IMG/VR virus record: IMGVR_UViG_2917802685_000001
Location: 1 to 64,000 of that record
Direction: 5' to 3' (one strand)
Origin: a virus
Lineage: Duplodnaviria; Caudoviricetes
DNA: 64,000 nt
Translations under genes and position numbers: made by a program
In this document: piece after piece, positions 29,024-39,394 of the stretch
How the letters are laid out: every line of letters starts with the position of its first letter
How positions within the stretch are numbered: the stretch's first letter is position 1
Notes under the pieces: model-generated
What the model was told of the DNA's origin: nothing
Databases searched by the model: none
The model's input: only the letters and a program-made list of their open reading frames with translations

Positions 29024-31168
29024 ATGAGCAGCATCACCACCTTCAAGGGGCCCTCCATGCCGTCCGCTCCGCCTGCGACCTTTTTGTCCCTGCAAGAGCT
29101 GTTCGCCCGCCACCTCCCGGGCTACCGACGCCGTCCGCAGCAGGAGCACCTGGCGCAGGCCATCGAGCTGACGCTGACCCAGGACCTCACCGCGCACGAG
29201 CCCATGCACCTCCTGGCTGAGGCGGGCACCGGCACTGGCAAGTCGTACGCCGCCCTCGTCGCCGCGATCCTCGCCAGCCGCGCCGGGGGAGAGGACGTAC
29301 CCCGCAAGAGGTTCGTCGTCGCCACCGCGACCAACGCCCTCCTGACCCAGTACACAAAAAAAGATCTCCCGTGGCTGGAGGAGGTCCTGGCCGAGGTCGG
29401 CATCGACTTCACCTGGGCCCCGCTCAAGGGCATCGGCAACTTCATCTGCCTGGCCAAGATGGCCGACAGCCCCAAGATCGAGAACCTGCAGGCGCTGCGC
29501 GAGGAGATCGCGCCGGACGAGAACGGCCAGCTCACCCACACCGGCGACCGCGACGACGTCACCACGCCGGTCGACCAGCGCCGCGAGTGGCCGCTGGTGT
29601 CCGCCTCCAGCGACGAGTGCCCCGGCCGGGGGAAGTGCGGGTTCGCCGAGCAGTGCTTCGGCCTGCGGCACAAGGACGCCGCCATGGGCGCCGACATCGT
29701 CGCGACCAACATGGCGGTCCTGCTCACCGACACCAAGATCGCCCGGGAGACCGCCGGGGACGACGGGGAGGGCCCCCGGATCCACGTCCTTCTCGGCGAG
29801 TACGACGGCCTGATCATCGACGAGGCCCACGAGCTGGAGGACCAGGCGACCAGCCACCTCGGGTTCGACATCAAGCAGGGCGGCCTGCTCAAGTGGGCCG
29901 ACCAGGCCATGAGCTTCCTCGCCGTCCACGAGGACGTGGACGAGCAGCGCGCCGGGAAGAGCTTCGACGCCCACCAGGACGTCGTGAACGCCATCGAGGC
30001 CCTGACCCAGCCGATCGCCGACCAGCTGGAGCACGACCAGACCGGCGCCATCGACGCCGACTTCATCGGCTACCACGCCGACCGGTTCGTGGCGCTGTGG
30101 ATGGCGCTCGAAGTCCTGCGCCAGCGCGTGGTCAAGCGGAAGATCGCCGACTCCTCCGACCAGGAGAGGGAGGAGGCCATCCGCAACCGGATCATCACCG
30201 TCGGCCGCAACTTCCTGGCCAACATCAAGGCCGTCATGCTCGCCGACCCCAACGAGATGGTCCGCTGGGCCGAGATGTACGGCAACGAGCGCATGACCAT
30301 CGGCAAGCGCTGGATGATCAAGGCCGCGCCCATCGGCGTCGGCCCCTACCTCCGCGAGGAGCTGTGGAGCCGTTACCCGGCCGTCCTGATGTCCGCCACC
30401 CTCAGCGCGGGTACCGGCGAGCGCCGCTTCGACTACATCGCCCGCCGCCTCGGCCTGAAGGACACCGCCGCCACTCTCGACGTCGGTAGCCCCTTCAACT
30501 ACCGCGCTCAGGCCCTCACCTTCCACCCCGCCGCCGACGTCCCGGCCCCGGCCGGGGAGACCCGAGGCGAATGGGAGACCTGGGTCGCGGCTGCCACCCT
30601 GGCCCTGGTGCGCGCTGCCGGGGGAGGAGCCCTGCTGCTCTACACCTCCCGCAAGGCCATGACCGAGGCATACAACGTCGTCGGCGGCCAGCTGCGTGCC
30701 GACGGCTACGCCACCTTCGTCCAGGGCGGCGACATGAGCGTCAAGGAGATGGCCGAGCGCTTCCGCGCCGACGAGCACAGCGTCCTGTTCGGCTTGAGGT
30801 CCTTCATGACCGGCATGGACTTCCCCGGCAACACCTGCCGCCTCGTCGTCGTCGACAAGCTCCCCTTCGCCGTCCCCAGCGACCCCATCCACAAGGCCCG
30901 CAGCGAGGCCATCGAGCGCCAGGGCGGCAATGCCTTCGCCGACCTGGTCGTGCCGTCCATGACCCTGACCCTCCTGCAGGCGTACGGCCGCCTCATCCGC
31001 AGCGTGGGTGACTCCGGCGTCGTCGCCCTGATGGACCCGCGCCTGGCCAGCAAGGGCTACGGCCGGGGCATCGTCAAGGCTCTCCCGCCCGCGCCCGTCA
31101 CCACGGCACTGGGAGACGTCGTCGGCTTCTACAAGGGATTCCAGGTGGAACTGCCCGCCGCCGCTTGA
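29024..31168 (+). CDS. dinG: DinG-family ATP-dependent helicase (Fe-S); start may be 29057
   Basis: EAGTGTGKS, Cys cluster, IIDEAH, MSATL, GMDFPG and QAYGRLIR motifs. Confidence 0.85.
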   Translation: MSSITTFKGPSMPSAPPATFLSLQELFARHLPGYRRRPQQEHLAQAIELTLTQDLTAHEPMHLLAEAGTGTGKSYAALVAAILASRAGGEDVPRKRFVVATATNALLTQYTKKDLPWLEEVLAEVGIDFTWAPLKGIGNFICLAKMADSPKIENLQALREEIAPDENGQLTHTGDRDDVTTPVDQRREWPLVSASSDECPGRGKCGFAEQCFGLRHKDAAMGADIVATNMAVLLTDTKIARETAGDDGEGPRIHVLLGEYDGLIIDEAHELEDQATSHLGFDIKQGGLLKWADQAMSFLAVHEDVDEQRAGKSFDAHQDVVNAIEALTQPIADQLEHDQTGAIDADFIGYHADRFVALWMALEVLRQRVVKRKIADSSDQEREEAIRNRIITVGRNFLANIKAVMLADPNEMVRWAEMYGNERMTIGKRWMIKAAPIGVGPYLREELWSRYPAVLMSATLSAGTGERRFDYIARRLGLKDTAATLDVGSPFNYRAQALTFHPAADVPAPAGETRGEWETWVAAATLALVRAAGGGALLLYTSRKAMTEAYNVVGGQLRADGYATFVQGGDMSVKEMAERFRADEHSVLFGLRSFMTGMDFPGNTCRLVVVDKLPFAVPSDPIHKARSEAIERQGGNAFADLVVPSMTLTLLQAYGRLIRSVGDSGVVALMDPRLASKGYGRGIVKALPPAPVTTALGDVVGFYKGFQVELPAAA

Positions 31169-31189
31169 GAATCCTGTTTTCCGCTTTTC

Positions 31190-31219
31190 TTGTCACCCAC
31201 CCCCTCCAGGGGGTAGGGT
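31190..31219 (+). promoter_or_regulatory. Housekeeping-sigma-type promoter
   Basis: TTGTCA-N18-TAGGGT, followed by a CCGCCA-loop hairpin at 31227-31244. Confidence 0.6.
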
Positions 31220-31273
31220 GAAACCACGTTCTCCGCCAAGAGCGAATAACCTCACACGCACAGGAGCAATAAC

Positions 31274-32026
31274 GTGACTTCCGCCGCCGCCACGGAATCC
31301 ACCAGCACCGAACTCGTTCCCTCCCTTCCGTTCGACTTCGACAAGCTCGGCGTCGAGCTGAAGAACGACCCCGGCCTCAACATCTCCGACGTGCTGGCCA
31401 GGCTCGCGACCATTCCGCCCATCGACCCGGACAAGCCGGTCAAGATGGCCTCCGTCGTCGAGCTGGTCACCGGCGAACTCATGCACGCCATCGAGGAGAT
31501 CCCCGACGTCTTCGGCAAGGTCAAGCCGCCTGCCAGCCGCCGCGTCCTCAACACCACCGAGCTGGCCAAGCTCCGGGCCGAGAAGATCCAGATCGACACC
31601 GCCATGAAGGCGCTGGCGGCCCGCAAGAACGAGATCCACACCATGGTCTCCGTCCACTTCGACGTCGTCGCGGAGCAGCAGAAGGGGATCGACCCCACGA
31701 AGACCCCGACGAACAAGAAGGGCCACTACCTGATCGCCTCTCCCGGAAACCCGGAGCGGGCCGATGTCAAGGACGGCCTGAAGTACTTCACCCGCGAAAA
31801 GGCCAAGGACACCGTCGAGTGGAGCATGGACGCCCTGCTCGACCTCCTGGAAAGCGGCAAGATCACCCGCGCCGAATTCCGTGCGATCACCAGCACCCAG
31901 GCTGTCATCGACCTCGACAAGGTCAAGCGCGTGCTCACCCTCAAGAGCAAGATGCCCCGCTTTCAGGAGATCGTCAGCCAGATCAGCACGGTGAAGCACG
32001 GCACGCTGAGCATCAACCTGCGCTAG
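31274..32026 (+). CDS. Hypothetical protein
   Basis: 250 aa, AGGAG RBS, coding-like GC3. Confidence 0.7.
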   Translation: MTSAAATESTSTELVPSLPFDFDKLGVELKNDPGLNISDVLARLATIPPIDPDKPVKMASVVELVTGELMHAIEEIPDVFGKVKPPASRRVLNTTELAKLRAEKIQIDTAMKALAARKNEIHTMVSVHFDVVAEQQKGIDPTKTPTNKKGHYLIASPGNPERADVKDGLKYFTREKAKDTVEWSMDALLDLLESGKITRAEFRAITSTQAVIDLDKVKRVLTLKSKMPRFQEIVSQISTVKHGTLSINLR

Positions 32027-32115
32027 GCATTACGCGATCCCTACGACACCATTACAGCCCCCGCCGCCTCCGCCCGTGACCCGGGCGGAGGCTCGCGGCA
32101 TGTGGAAGGACGAAT

Positions 32116-32610
32116 ATGCCTCCCCTGACCCTGGAGCCCATCATCGTCGAGCCCCAAGACCTCACCGCCCGGGTCTCCGACCCCGAGCGCGAACGGTTCA
32201 TCCTGTACGACACGGACTTCCCCGTGGAGACCGACCCGAAGTACGCCGTCGCCCCCGGCTTCCGGCCGCTGGCTGTACCGCACTTCGGCGTCGGCGAGGT
32301 CGCCTGTTTCGTGTTCGCCGGACAGCTCGACTGGCTCAAGCGCCAGCTCAAGGGCAAGCCCTACAAGCTCACCACCGGCGAGACGAAGACCTGGCCCCTC
32401 CTGCTGAACGACCAGGTCCTGACCTTCCGCAGCGTCGCCCGAGGCGGAGCCACTGCCCCCAAGCGGTACACGCTGCCCGACATCGAACGCCTCGCCTGCG
32501 CCCTGTACGAGCGCGGCGACATCGACGGCCACGAACTCCAGCGCGTCTGCCAGATCCTCCTCGCCGTCGCCCGCCAGTACTGGGCCCGCACCAAGAAGCG
32601 CGAGGACTGA
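32116..32610 (+). CDS. Hypothetical protein, possible MerR-like HTH
   Basis: FGVGEVACF...KRYTLPDIERL. Confidence 0.55.
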   Translation: MPPLTLEPIIVEPQDLTARVSDPERERFILYDTDFPVETDPKYAVAPGFRPLAVPHFGVGEVACFVFAGQLDWLKRQLKGKPYKLTTGETKTWPLLLNDQVLTFRSVARGGATAPKRYTLPDIERLACALYERGDIDGHELQRVCQILLAVARQYWARTKKRED

Positions 32611-33488
32611 TGCGCCCGCTCCTGCTCATCGACGGCAACAACCTCCTCATACGCGCCGTCGAGGCCACCCGCCGCTCCGCCATGCACAGCGACGACGGCA
32701 CCGACACCAGCGCCCTCGTCGTCTTCATCAAGACCATCTCCCGCTACATACGCGAAGAGAAGCCCTACCGCGTCATGGTGCTCTGGGACAGCGGCCCGGA
32801 CTGGCGCAAGCAGATCTACCAGCAGTACAAGGCCCACCGGCCCCAGGTCACCGACGAGTACCGCAGCGCCACCCGCCGACTCGTCCGAGAGTTCCTGCAG
32901 CTCGCCCGGGTGCCCTGGACCTACCTGCCAGGGTTCGAGGCCGACGACCTCATCGCCGCGCACTGGCGCTACGCCCACGAGCCGGTCGTCATCCTCTCCA
33001 GCGACAAGGACATGCTCCAGCTCGTCGGCGAGACCCCGACCGGGCACCCGTGCACACAGATTCGTGTCTCCAGTGCCAACACCCCCACCGACCGCTGGGA
33101 CGAGGCCAAGGTCATCGAGCGCTACGGCTGCACGCCCGCCCAGCGCCCCCTCGTGATGTCCCTGACCGGCGACGCCTCCGACGGCATCCCCGGCGTGAAG
33201 GGCATCGGCGACGTCTACGCCCTCAAGCACCTCACCGCCGCCGACTGGGACCTGGACGCCGTCGAGCACCCGGCCATCGTCGAGGCCCGCGACAAGGGCG
33301 AGATCGCCGTCTACCGGCAGCTCGTCGACCTCCGCGACGTCCCGTACGAGATGATCCCCACCGGCCCCGGCCCGTTCATGCCCGTCACCCCCGGCCCGGA
33401 CGCCGCCTGGAAGGCCCTGTGGGCGTTCCTGAACCGCTACCAGCTGCGCGAGATCGAGCGCCGCCTGATGGCCGGAGAACTCTGGTAG
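32610..33488 (+). CDS. 5'-3' exonuclease / flap endonuclease
   Basis: LLIDGNNL, YKAHR, EADDLIA, SSDKDM and GDASDGIPGVKGIG motifs. Confidence 0.9.
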   Translation: MRPLLLIDGNNLLIRAVEATRRSAMHSDDGTDTSALVVFIKTISRYIREEKPYRVMVLWDSGPDWRKQIYQQYKAHRPQVTDEYRSATRRLVREFLQLARVPWTYLPGFEADDLIAAHWRYAHEPVVILSSDKDMLQLVGETPTGHPCTQIRVSSANTPTDRWDEAKVIERYGCTPAQRPLVMSLTGDASDGIPGVKGIGDVYALKHLTAADWDLDAVEHPAIVEARDKGEIAVYRQLVDLRDVPYEMIPTGPGPFMPVTPGPDAAWKALWAFLNRYQLREIERRLMAGELW

Positions 33489-33497
33489 GGCGATTTC

Positions 33498-33527
33498 TTG
33501 CTCTCGACCTGGACCGGCGGTTAGCGT
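33498..33527 (+). promoter_or_regulatory. Housekeeping-sigma-type promoter
   Basis: TTGCTC-N18-TAGCGT, followed by CCGCCA-loop hairpins. Confidence 0.45.
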
Positions 33528-33611
33528 CAAAACGCCTCCCCGCCAGGAGGCCCTCTTCCACGGCAGACCGTCATTTTGCCGTGCCCAGCCACCGCCAGGT
33601 TGGAGACCTCT

Positions 33612-34043
33612 GTGCTCGACTTCTCTGCTGCCGCTTACGGCAAGGCCGCCACCACAACCGTGGTCCGGCCGCTCTCTCCGACGTTCGATGGCATACACCC
33701 GGTGCACGCCCGCCCGGTCGCCACCGCTGGGCCCGTCACCATGGCCGCCAGCGACCTCCTCGACGCCCCCATGGACTGGTCCTGGGAGCAGCTGCGCGAC
33801 TACGTCATGCGCTCCATCGCTGAGCGCCACGGCCCCCAGCCGCGCCACGAGAGCGCCAAGGTCAACTCGATCTTCAAGTCCTTCGCCGCACGATGGGGCA
33901 ACCAGGCCGGGCCGATCGCGCAGTTCGCCTTCGAGCAGCAGGACGGCTTCTGGCGGGACGCGCCGGTCACCATCACCCGCTTCACCAAGGGCAACGACGG
34001 CTACTTCGCAGGCCCGATCTCCGAGCGGCTGGCCGGTGCCTGA
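33612..34043 (+). CDS. Hypothetical protein
   Basis: GTG at 33612 after GGAG; first gene of the dnaC/dnaB operon. Confidence 0.6.
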   Translation: MLDFSAAAYGKAATTTVVRPLSPTFDGIHPVHARPVATAGPVTMAASDLLDAPMDWSWEQLRDYVMRSIAERHGPQPRHESAKVNSIFKSFAARWGNQAGPIAQFAFEQQDGFWRDAPVTITRFTKGNDGYFAGPISERLAGA

Positions 34044-34344
34044 ACTCATCTTCGTCGTCCCAGAGACGTACCGGTCTCCCCACGGCGAGCCCACCTGCTG
34101 CCCCGACTCCTACATCTGCCTCAGCGGTGGGGCGCCGGAGATGGAGTGCCCGCGCCACGGCGGCTTTGACGTCTGCTGCGACCAGCCGGAGGCGCACGTC
34201 CTGCAGAACCGCGAGGACTGGCATCGGCTCATGGACCGGTGGGAGCAGGGCCTGCTCGACCAGCACATCTCGCGCTACAAGATCCTCCAGGCGTTCGAGC
34301 TGGAATCCACGCCCCTCGCGGACCTGCTCAGCGACCGCATCTGA
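34036..34344 (+). CDS. Small Cys-rich hypothetical protein
   Basis: GTG overlaps the upstream gene; CCPDSYIC...CPRHGGFDVCC. Confidence 0.55.
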   Translation: MPELIFVVPETYRSPHGEPTCCPDSYICLSGGAPEMECPRHGGFDVCCDQPEAHVLQNREDWHRLMDRWEQGLLDQHISRYKILQAFELESTPLADLLSDRI

Positions 34345-34391
34345 TCCATCACCGCCCGGCCGCCACCGGGCCCTCATCAAGGACCGCCACC

Positions 34392-35240
34392 TTGAAACGA
34401 CCTCCCCCTCCTCCGACCTGCCAGCCGCTGTCCAACCCGGACTTCGACCGGCTCAAGGCCGTCCGCCCCCGCCTGTGGACCAGCCCCAAGGACACCTGCC
34501 TGACCTGCCTCAAGCGGGACGGCAACACCTACCGCTGGTACGCCGCCGACGCTGCGAACCGCCGCACCGAGGAGGTCGTCACCTACGAGTGCGACTGCCG
34601 CGACCAGTGGCTCATGCACCTGTGGTTCCTCAACGCGGGCATCCCACTGAACTATCAGCGCCTGGGCTGGGACGACATCAAGGCCGTTCCGCAGCACATC
34701 GTTGAGCAGGTCATGGGCTATGCCCTCCAGGCGGCCCGCAACATCGCCTCCGGACGCAACCTGATCCTCTGGTCCAAGGACCCTGGCACCGGCAAGACGC
34801 TTTTCCTCGCCCTGCTGTGCAAGTTCCTCATGGCCAACGGATTTCAGGCCCACTTCTCGCAGTTCAACGACGTCATCGACCTCTTCACCTCCACCTGGCG
34901 CGACAAGGACGAGCGGGAGCACTGGACGCGCCGCGTGCGCAACGTGGACGTCCTCGCCATGGACGACATGGGCAAAGAGAACAAGGGCCGGATCGACGTA
35001 GTCGAGGACATGGTCGACCGCATCATCCGCGCCCGCGTCTCCGACGCCGCGCCCACGATCATCACCAGCAACCGATCTCCCCAGGAGATCCAGCAGGGTT
35101 ACGGCGTCTACGCGATGAGCCTGCTCAGCGAGTCCGCCGACTTCATCGAGATCCCCGGCACCGACTACCGGCCCGCGCGACGCGAACTCTCCCGCCAGGA
35201 AGCCGACCTCGGCCTGGCCCGACCCATCACGGCGGTATGA
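34392..35240 (+). CDS. DnaC/IstB-like AAA+ helicase loader
   Basis: CLTC...CDC Zn motif, PGTGKT, VLAMDDMG, TIITSN; TTG start. Confidence 0.85.
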   Translation: MKRPPPPPTCQPLSNPDFDRLKAVRPRLWTSPKDTCLTCLKRDGNTYRWYAADAANRRTEEVVTYECDCRDQWLMHLWFLNAGIPLNYQRLGWDDIKAVPQHIVEQVMGYALQAARNIASGRNLILWSKDPGTGKTLFLALLCKFLMANGFQAHFSQFNDVIDLFTSTWRDKDEREHWTRRVRNVDVLAMDDMGKENKGRIDVVEDMVDRIIRARVSDAAPTIITSNRSPQEIQQGYGVYAMSLLSESADFIEIPGTDYRPARRELSRQEADLGLARPITAV

Positions 35241-35902
35241 CCATGAGCATCGACGACATGTCCTTCAACCTGGACCACGGCACTTCGGTCCCCATGACCC
35301 CCGGCCTTCCCTACGCCTGGCAGGCCACGGCCGACAACAGCGTCACCCGGCACTACACCCCGAAGGCGGGCATGACCGCCGAGAAGGCCGGTGAGCAGGT
35401 CCGCGTCGTCCACCACAAGCTCCAGACCCTGCAGAAGCTCATGGGCACGTCGAGGACCGAGGCCGACGAGCTGGAGAAGCGGATCCGCGACCTGGTCGCC
35501 GACTTCCGGGCCCCCGAGTCCGAACTGGCCACGGCGAACCAGGCCCTGCTCGACCTGCAGAAGCGCAACGACGCCGTGATCGCGGAGTGCCGCCGCTGGA
35601 AGGAACGCTCCGAGCAGCAGCGCTACACCGTGTCCAACGCACTCGGACTCGGCAGCGGCGCCTCGTGGCCCGCGATTTACGAGCGGGCGGCAGAGCTGTT
35701 CGAGAAGACGCTGGCCACCCCGGAGACCCCGAACGTCGTGACCTTCATCCGCCAGCGCACCCCGGGCGACTCCGTCCGCCACCTGGCCGGTGAGATCATG
35801 AAGCACGCCGGGCCCGACGGCAACATCGAGCTGGCTGGGATCGCCGTGGCACTGCGCATGGTCGCCGCCGACGTCGACAGCCTCCCCCAGGGCACCCCGT
35901 GA
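35237..35902 (+). CDS. Hypothetical coiled-coil protein
   Basis: ATGA overlap with dnaC; heptad-rich core. Confidence 0.6.
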   Translation: MTMSIDDMSFNLDHGTSVPMTPGLPYAWQATADNSVTRHYTPKAGMTAEKAGEQVRVVHHKLQTLQKLMGTSRTEADELEKRIRDLVADFRAPESELATANQALLDLQKRNDAVIAECRRWKERSEQQRYTVSNALGLGSGASWPAIYERAAELFEKTLATPETPNVVTFIRQRTPGDSVRHLAGEIMKHAGPDGNIELAGIAVALRMVAADVDSLPQGTP

Positions 35903-36138
35903 CCCTGACGGCCAAGAGCCTCGGTGACCCCCTCTCGCCGAGGGAGGGGGAGATCGTCCAACTCGCCAGCCGGGGCTACACAGACCCCGAAATCGCCGCC
36001 GAGTTGACGATCAGCGAACACACCGTCCGCGAGTACTGGCGCTACCGCATCCGCCCCTGCCTCGGCGCCGACAACCGCACGCACGCAGTCGCCCTGGCCG
36101 TCGCCCAGGGCCTGGCGTTCCCACAGGTGACCGCATGA
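35899..36138 (+). CDS. LuxR-family HTH regulator (stand-alone)
   Basis: LSPREGEIVQLASRGYTDPEIAAELTISEHTV...NRTHAV. Confidence 0.85.
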   Translation: MTLTAKSLGDPLSPREGEIVQLASRGYTDPEIAAELTISEHTVREYWRYRIRPCLGADNRTHAVALAVAQGLAFPQVTA

Positions 36139-37439
36139 CCTTGCACGCAGAGACCACCCTCTACGCCAGCATCACCGACGTAGACGCGCTGGAGCAGTTG
36201 GCCGACACCGGCCTGGATCCGGCGTGCATTCCGACGACCGGCATGCGCGACGTCGTCGAGTGGGCGGTCTCGTACTTCTACCGCTCCGGTCGCACCAAGG
36301 CGCCCTCCCGTGAACTCCTGCAGGAGCAGTGGGGGCACAGGCTGGAGCAGTGCAACATCACGCTGCCGGACGAGGACCTGGAAGTCGACGAGGTCTTCGC
36401 GGCGATCGAGTACCTGCAGTCGCAGTACGTCCTCGCCGAGTCCCAGCGCCTGCAGCGCGAGGCCGCCGTCGAGATGGCCAACGCCGAGCCCCACGAACGC
36501 GTCGAGGCCGTCCACCGCGCCTCGGCCGCCTTCCACAACCTCTCCATGTCGGTCCGCAACCGGCAGAACGAAGTCGAAGGCGTCCAGGGCCTGCGCGACT
36601 CCCTCGCCCGCTACGACCAGCGCGCCGCCGCACCGAAGGTCGTCACCGGCATGTCTCTCGGGATGGAGGCCGTCGACAACCACACCCTGGGCGTCCACGG
36701 CGGCGAGATCTGCGCCTGGTGCGCACCCCCCAAGGGCGCCAAGTCGTTCAGCGCCACCCACGTTGCCCACACCGAGTGGAAGCGCGGCCGGGAGACCGTC
36801 CTGGCCACGCTGGAGAACAGCGTGCTCATGACGTACGACCGGCTCGCCTGCCAGATCTGCTGCGTCGACTACCGCGAGTACCAGAAGGGCACCGCCACCC
36901 CCGAGGACGTCGACCGCGTCCGCACCTGGCTCGACGAGAACGAGACGGACCTGAAGGACGGCCTGCACGTCCTCTCCCCGGACGACGGCCTGCGCACTCC
37001 CGCCGCCCTTATTCGGCAGGCCCAGTCCTACGGAGCGAAGTCGATCATCGTCGACCAGCTCTCCCACATCCAGCACCCCAGCCCGAACCCCCGGCGCCCC
37101 AAACACGAAACGATCGCAGAGATCATGAACGAGCTGTCCACGCTCATCACCACCGGCCGCTACATGCCATCGGTGCTCCTGAACTGCCAGATCAACCGTG
37201 AGGGCGTCGCCTCCGCCCAGAAGGCCGGACGCCTGGAGATGCAGCACATCGCCGACTCCTCCGCGATCGAACGCTACAGCTCCTGGGTCTTCGGCCTCAT
37301 CCGCTCAGAAACCGAGGTAGCCGCCGGTATGGCCACCCTGCAGATGCTCGCGTCCCGACGCATGGACCTGACCAACTGGCGCTGCGCCTGGGAGCCCTGG
37401 TACGGCACCCAGCACATCCTCGGCGAGGTGACCCTGTGA
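36135..37439 (+). CDS. DnaB-like replicative helicase
   Basis: APPKGAKS, TLEN, IIVDQL, CQINR and IADSSAIE SF4 motifs. Confidence 0.8.
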   Translation: MTLHAETTLYASITDVDALEQLADTGLDPACIPTTGMRDVVEWAVSYFYRSGRTKAPSRELLQEQWGHRLEQCNITLPDEDLEVDEVFAAIEYLQSQYVLAESQRLQREAAVEMANAEPHERVEAVHRASAAFHNLSMSVRNRQNEVEGVQGLRDSLARYDQRAAAPKVVTGMSLGMEAVDNHTLGVHGGEICAWCAPPKGAKSFSATHVAHTEWKRGRETVLATLENSVLMTYDRLACQICCVDYREYQKGTATPEDVDRVRTWLDENETDLKDGLHVLSPDDGLRTPAALIRQAQSYGAKSIIVDQLSHIQHPSPNPRRPKHETIAEIMNELSTLITTGRYMPSVLLNCQINREGVASAQKAGRLEMQHIADSSAIERYSSWVFGLIRSETEVAAGMATLQMLASRRMDLTNWRCAWEPWYGTQHILGEVTL

Positions 37440-38008
37440 CCGCCTACGCCTTCCCCTGCGCCGTCAAGCCCGAGCTGTTCGACACCGGCAAGGGGCGCAA
37501 TACCAGGGTCGTCCGCAAGGCCCTGCGGATCTGCGACACCTGCCCCGTCCAGCTCGCCTGCCGACGCGCTGGCCGCGAAGGCCGCGAGTTCGGCATCTGG
37601 GGCGGAGAGACCCAGCCCGAGCGCTGGGCCGCACTCGGCATTGTCGAGTCGGACGCTCTCCCGCAGGAGTGCGGTACTGAGAAGGCCCTCAGTCGCCACA
37701 AGTCCCTCGGCGTGACCTGCGAGACCTGCGAGCAAGAGCAGAGCAAGCGCGACGAGGAAGCCAAAGCCGCCAAGATCGCCAGCGAGAAGAGCCAGCGCAC
37801 CGAGTCCGAGGAGATCCCCGGGAGCCGGGTGAACCCCTTCCACTCCCCGCTCCGGCCGATCTGCGGCACCGAACGCGGCTACCGCGCGCACCTGAGACGC
37901 AGCGAACTCCAGCTCCCCCCGCACCCCCAGTGCACCTGCCGGGAAGCCCGGCAAGCCCTGCGCGCCGCCGAACGCGCCCTGTTGAAGGAAGCGCAGGTCT
38001 CCGCATGA
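37436..38008 (+). CDS. WhiB-family regulator with C-terminal CGT-H-CxxC repeats
   Basis: Four WhiB cysteines plus GIWGG; two CGTE..H..C..C modules. Confidence 0.8.
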   Translation: MTAYAFPCAVKPELFDTGKGRNTRVVRKALRICDTCPVQLACRRAGREGREFGIWGGETQPERWAALGIVESDALPQECGTEKALSRHKSLGVTCETCEQEQSKRDEEAKAAKIASEKSQRTESEEIPGSRVNPFHSPLRPICGTERGYRAHLRRSELQLPPHPQCTCREARQALRAAERALLKEAQVSA

Positions 38009-38301
38009 CCTCCACCGCCCTGGGGCCGTGGCTCGTCGCCTTCACCGGCGACCCGGAGAGCCGCTGCCCCAAATGCGCAGCCCTGGCTGCCCAGACCGAG
38101 TGGCACGACACCGTCGTCGTCGGCATGTGCAAGGAGCGCCGCGACGCCATCGTCGCCATGAGCGATAACCCCGACGACGTCCCCGACGAGACCACCGAGC
38201 ACCTGTGCCGGGCCTGCTACTGCGGCTACTTCTGGAGCGAGCACGTGGCCTCCCCGGCCGACCTGGCCCGCATCAAGGCCGCCGCCGCCCATGACAACTG
38301 A
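38005..38301 (+). CDS. Zn-ribbon hypothetical protein
   Basis: CPKC...CYCGY; ATGA overlap. Confidence 0.55.
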   Translation: MTSTALGPWLVAFTGDPESRCPKCAALAAQTEWHDTVVVGMCKERRDAIVAMSDNPDDVPDETTEHLCRACYCGYFWSEHVASPADLARIKAAAAHDN

Positions 38302-39394
38302 CCTCGACCAGCTCGCCGCGCTCCCCGACGAGCAGAAGTCCCAGATCGCCAAGGACGTCCTCGACTCCCTCGGCATCCAGTTCAAGCGGCAGATCCGGGA
38401 CGAGCTGATCATTCCGTGCCCGGTCGGCCAGTTCCACAACGACCAGGAGCGGAACCCCACCGCCGCCCTGAACTTCAAAAAACTCCTGTTCAACTGCCTC
38501 GGCTGCGACTCCAGCGGCACCATCCTGTGGCTCATCGCCACGGTGCGCGGCGACATCACCATCGACGAGGCCCGCGAATGGCTCCTCGGCGAAGCCGGAC
38601 TCACCCGCGCCGTCGGCCTGCCCGACATGCTCGCCTTCTTCGACGCCCTCTACACGCCGAAGACCCGGCCGCCGATGCCGGTCTACAGCCCCCGCATGCT
38701 GGAGCGCTGGCGAAGCGTCCCCGACTACATCGTCCGCGAACGGGGCATCCCGATCGAGACCTGCGAGCGGATGGACATCTGCCTCGACCCCGACGGCTTC
38801 ATGGGGCCGCCCGAAGCCCGGGTGCGCACCGGCCCGCGCGCCGTCATCCCGCACTACTGGGACGGCCAGCTCGTCGGCTGGCAGTCCCGCCGCCTGCCCG
38901 GCGCCGACCCGAGCACACCGAAGTACCTGAGCACCCCCGGGTTCCCCCGCGACGAGACGATCTTCGGCCGCGAGTACCTCCGGAGCGAAGTCGTCGTCGT
39001 CGAGTCGCCGATGAGCCAGCTCCGCCACCAGCACCACAGCAGCATCGAGGCCACCTTCGGCGCCGTCGTCACCGACGAGCAGATCGAGGAGCTGGTGCGG
39101 GGCCGCAAGAAGCTCATCTGGTTCATGGACAACGACACCGCCGGATGGCGCGCCGTCGCGGGCCGGACCTTCAACGGCCGGTTCTTTCCCGGCGCCCCCG
39201 AGCGCGCCTCCCGCTGGTGCCAGAACTGGGTCGTCCAGAGCCCCTTCGCTGCCGACCCCGCCGAGATGTCCGACGAGCTGTACCACGTCCTCGTCACCGA
39301 GTACGTGGTGCCCTGGCAGGTCTGGGAACAGCCGAAGGTCCTGTACTGCCACCGCTGCTTCCAGCGCGCCCACCCAGGAGCCTGCCGTGGCTGA
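38291..39394 (+). CDS. DNA primase (Zn finger + Toprim)
   Basis: CPVGQFH...CLGC, VGWQSR, KYLST, VVVES, MDNDTAG. Confidence 0.85.
   Translation: MTTDLDQLAALPDEQKSQIAKDVLDSLGIQFKRQIRDELIIPCPVGQFHNDQERNPTAALNFKKLLFNCLGCDSSGTILWLIATVRGDITIDEAREWLLGEAGLTRAVGLPDMLAFFDALYTPKTRPPMPVYSPRMLERWRSVPDYIVRERGIPIETCERMDICLDPDGFMGPPEARVRTGPRAVIPHYWDGQLVGWQSRRLPGADPSTPKYLSTPGFPRDETIFGREYLRSEVVVVESPMSQLRHQHHSSIEATFGAVVTDEQIEELVRGRKKLIWFMDNDTAGWRAVAGRTFNGRFFPGAPERASRWCQNWVVQSPFAADPAEMSDELYHVLVTEYVVPWQVWEQPKVLYCHRCFQRAHPGACRG

Noticed and set aside
28320-29027. Short ORFs in the rep-dinG gap
   Set aside because: Non-coding-like codon usage and no RBS; better explained as regulatory sequence
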